DNA of 28,379 nucleotides from an uncultured delta proteobacterium (GTDB lineage Bacteria; Desulfobacterota; Binatia; UBA9968): NCBI GenBank assembly GCA_963840855.1, contig CAWJBB010000071.1, positions 1 to 28,379 of the forward strand, read 5' to 3'. Shown piece by piece: positions 26,164 to 28,379 of this stretch (position 1 is its first letter; each line of letters starts with the position of its first letter). The notes under the pieces were generated by a model. It saw only the letters and a program-made list of their open reading frames with translations, ran no database searches and was not told where the DNA came from. The position numbers and the translations under genes were made by a program.

Positions 26164-26180
26164 CGACTGCGACGCAGTCG
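26164..26180. repeat. perfect hairpin downstream of the MFS gene (REP-like or terminator-like)
   Basis: CGACTGC-GAC-GCAGTCG, a 7-bp stem; a second imperfect ATGAAT..ATTCAT palindrome lies at about 26121-26148. Confidence 0.35.
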
Positions 26181-26223
26181 CTCCGACAAAAATAATCTGG
26201 CACGCCTCCGGGCAAGCGTCGCG

Positions 26224-27516
26224 TCACTTTTTAGGCGGGCGGAGGAACAAGCTAAGGAAGGCCGAAGCGAACAGCAGGCCGATGAAGATGCTGAAGGAAA
26301 GAGAATAACTCTGGGTGAAGTCGAACAGGAAGCCGAAAAAGGGCGCTCCGCCGGCGCTGAAGCCATGGGTGAGGAGCGAGCCCAGGCCACGGATTTTTCC
26401 CAGCGAGACGCGCCCGAAGTAGTTGGCCCAGATCATTTCCGCGAGGATGGAGCTTGCTCCCATGCCGATGCCGTAAAGAAAAAAACCGGCGTAAAGCGAA
26501 GGCAGTCCGGGGGTGGAGAGGGCCAATAAAATTCCCGTGGCTTGAATCAGAAATTTGGCCATGATCAGCCGGGCGATATTCAAGCGCTCGGCAAGGATCC
26601 CCCAAACCATCGGCGTGCTGAACTGCATGAACGCGATGATACTCATAACCAGCGCCGCCACCATCTCTGGATAGCCCTGATCGCTTACGAAGGCGAAGAC
26701 ATGAAGGTTCAGTCCACTAACGCCGATATGGGCGACGCCGAAGGTGGTGACGATGAGCCAGAAAGCCGGGGTGTGCAGTGCTTCACGGCGGCTCCAGGCA
26801 ACGTCGGCCGTCGCGCTTGAATGCGCTACCGCGGAACCGGCCTTGCGCGCCGGCACCTCGATTTCGGATTGAGAGCGGGCTCCGTCGGGCAGGAGTCCCA
26901 TGTCTTCCGGGCGCCGGCGCATGAAAAACCAGGAAGGGCCGACAACCAACGCCAATGTTAGCAGGCCAAACAAGACCCAAGTGGCGCGCCATCCCATGTT
27001 CACGATGAGCGATGCTGCCAGCACCGGCATGGCGACTTTGGCCAAACCGTGCCCCATACCGGCCAGCGCTAGGGCGCGGCCGCGCATGCGCACGAACCAG
27101 CGCGAAATTGTAACGTTCACCACCATCTGGCCCATGAGCGCATCGCCGGGACTGACCAGGAGCCAACGAAAGAGCATGAACTGCAAAAAACCGCGCGCCT
27201 GGCCGAGCAGCAGAAACCCCGTGCCACAAACGACTCCGCCAGCCGCCATCAGCCACCTGCCGCCATAGCGGTCCAGGAGAGGACCAACGACCGGCGCGGC
27301 AAGCGCTCCTATGAGTATCTCGCCCGTGCGGATGAGCGAAAAGACGCCACGCGAAACACCAAGGTCGCTCGACAGCGGTTTTAGAAAAACGCTCAGCGTG
27401 CTCGATATCGAGAACGCCGAGGCGATGTGGGCGAGAAAACCGACGGCGACGATGGTCCAGCCGTAAAAGTACTTCGACTCATGGGTTGCTTGCGCCGCTC
27501 GGGTAGAAAATCGCAC
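26224..27516 (-). CDS. MFS transporter
   Basis: YFYGWTIV, motif A GPLLDRYGGR, ISRWFVRMRGRAL, RRRPEDMGLLPDG, WANYFGRVSLGKIRG; many TM segments; GTG start. Confidence 0.93.
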   Translation of the reverse strand: MRFSTRAAQATHESKYFYGWTIVAVGFLAHIASAFSISSTLSVFLKPLSSDLGVSRGVFSLIRTGEILIGALAAPVVGPLLDRYGGRWLMAAGGVVCGTGFLLLGQARGFLQFMLFRWLLVSPGDALMGQMVVNVTISRWFVRMRGRALALAGMGHGLAKVAMPVLAASLIVNMGWRATWVLFGLLTLALVVGPSWFFMRRRPEDMGLLPDGARSQSEIEVPARKAGSAVAHSSATADVAWSRREALHTPAFWLIVTTFGVAHIGVSGLNLHVFAFVSDQGYPEMVAALVMSIIAFMQFSTPMVWGILAERLNIARLIMAKFLIQATGILLALSTPGLPSLYAGFFLYGIGMGASSILAEMIWANYFGRVSLGKIRGLGSLLTHGFSAGGAPFFGFLFDFTQSYSLSFSIFIGLLFASAFLSLFLRPPKK

Positions 27517-27682
27517 TTCCTGTTTGTATCAGGGATCGGCGCGAGACTACAAGGCGCTGATTGAAATCAGCAAAGATTTTCCGTTGGTGCTAAGCGCGTC
27601 GCAGCACACCGAGCAGTAGTTGATTAGCGGGTTTTAAGCCTACCCGAATTCTCTGTGTTTCCCGAAATGCCATTTTCGACAA

Positions 27683-27711
27683 TTGACAGTCCGGACGCAT
27701 CTTGATATCCG
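27683..27711 (+). promoter_or_regulatory. possible sigma70-type promoter for the SDR gene
   Basis: Perfect TTGACA at 27683-27688, 17-nt spacer containing TG, and a weak -10 (TATCCG). Confidence 0.25.
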
Positions 27712-27728
27712 GCGTTTGGAGGTCCTCA

Positions 27729-28379
27729 ATGGCTCAACAAGAAATCGCGCTGATTGTCGGTGCCGGGCCGGGGCTCAGTGCGTCGCTGGCAAGGCTTTTT
27801 AGGAAAGAAGGTATGAATGTGGCGCTGGCCGCGCGCAACACCGGAAAACTGAACGGCTTAGTCAAGGGGATCGACGGCCGCGCCTATGCCTGCGATGCGA
27901 GCAGCCCAAAGGATGTGGCCAGCCTATTCGACTCGGTCGCCAAAGACATCGGCGAACCCAATCTGGTTGTCTACAACGCGAGCGGTCGCGTGCGCGGTCC
28001 GATCACGGAACTCGATCCCGATGAAGTGCGCAAAACCATTATGATTACCTGTTACGGCGGATTCCTCGTCGGGCAGGCGGCCGCTAAACGGATGCTCAAA
28101 GCCGGGAACGGAACGATACTATTTACCGGCGCTTCCGCCAGCGTCAAAGGGTATGCAAACTCCGCAGCCTTTGCCATGGGCAAGTTAGGTTTGACCGGCC
28201 TGGTACAAAGCATGGCGCGCGAGCTGCAGCCGCAGAATATCCACGTCGCTCAGGTGGTGATCGACGGCGGCATATGCGACCCGACGCGGCCGGAGCGCCT
28301 CACGGCGCGCGGTCCCGATGGCTGCCTCGACCCCGACGCCATCGCACAAACTTATCTACACCTGCACCGCCAGCATCGC
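27729..28379 (+). CDS. short-chain dehydrogenase/reductase, partial (runs off the right edge; not in the ORF track)
   Basis: RBS GGAGG; MAQQEIALIVGAGPGLSASLAR..VALAAR..LVVYNAS..ILFTGASAS..FAMGK..SMARELQPQNIHVA; open to the end of the window. Confidence 0.92.
   Translation, partial: MAQQEIALIVGAGPGLSASLARLFRKEGMNVALAARNTGKLNGLVKGIDGRAYACDASSPKDVASLFDSVAKDIGEPNLVVYNASGRVRGPITELDPDEVRKTIMITCYGGFLVGQAAAKRMLKAGNGTILFTGASASVKGYANSAAFAMGKLGLTGLVQSMARELQPQNIHVAQVVIDGGICDPTRPERLTARGPDGCLDPDAIAQTYLHLHRQHR

Noticed and set aside
26130-26200. Nudix-like phrase SDCVAVGWFELDELP in ORF 26006..26227
   Set aside because: No Nudix box, and the segment overlaps palindromic DNA, so the resemblance may be chance
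26224-26226. MFS TGA stop followed by a hairpin, as a possible recoding site
   Set aside because: The protein ends naturally (LRPPKK), the hairpin starts more than 40 nt away, and the extension has no recognisable features

Overview
GC-rich bacterial window made of metabolic and transport genes: several solute-binding proteins, amidohydrolases, a CoA-transferase, VOC proteins, an M16 peptidase pair, an MFS and an SDR. The gene style suggests a Deltaproteobacteria-like or Candidatus Binatia soil genome, which is inference only. I found no rRNA, tRNA, CRISPR array or intact mobile element. The main finding is missed by the ORF track: 925..1587 (-) reads as one 220-codon MerB (organomercurial lyase)-like protein if two in-frame UGA codons are read through. 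These UGAs fall where MerB has its two catalytic cysteines, and each is followed by a SECIS-like hairpin (the second is very clean). This makes it a candidate double-selenocysteine organometallic lyase outside any mer operon. The window also has at least four gene-fragment scars (a dppB/dppC hybrid, a truncated D-aminoacylase, an SsuA-like/carboxyltransferase chimera and an orphan amidohydrolase C-terminus). It has three single frameshifts, several families of short intergenic repeats, and several enzymes with substituted catalytic residues. Family assignments come from motif recognition by eye and were not checked by database search.
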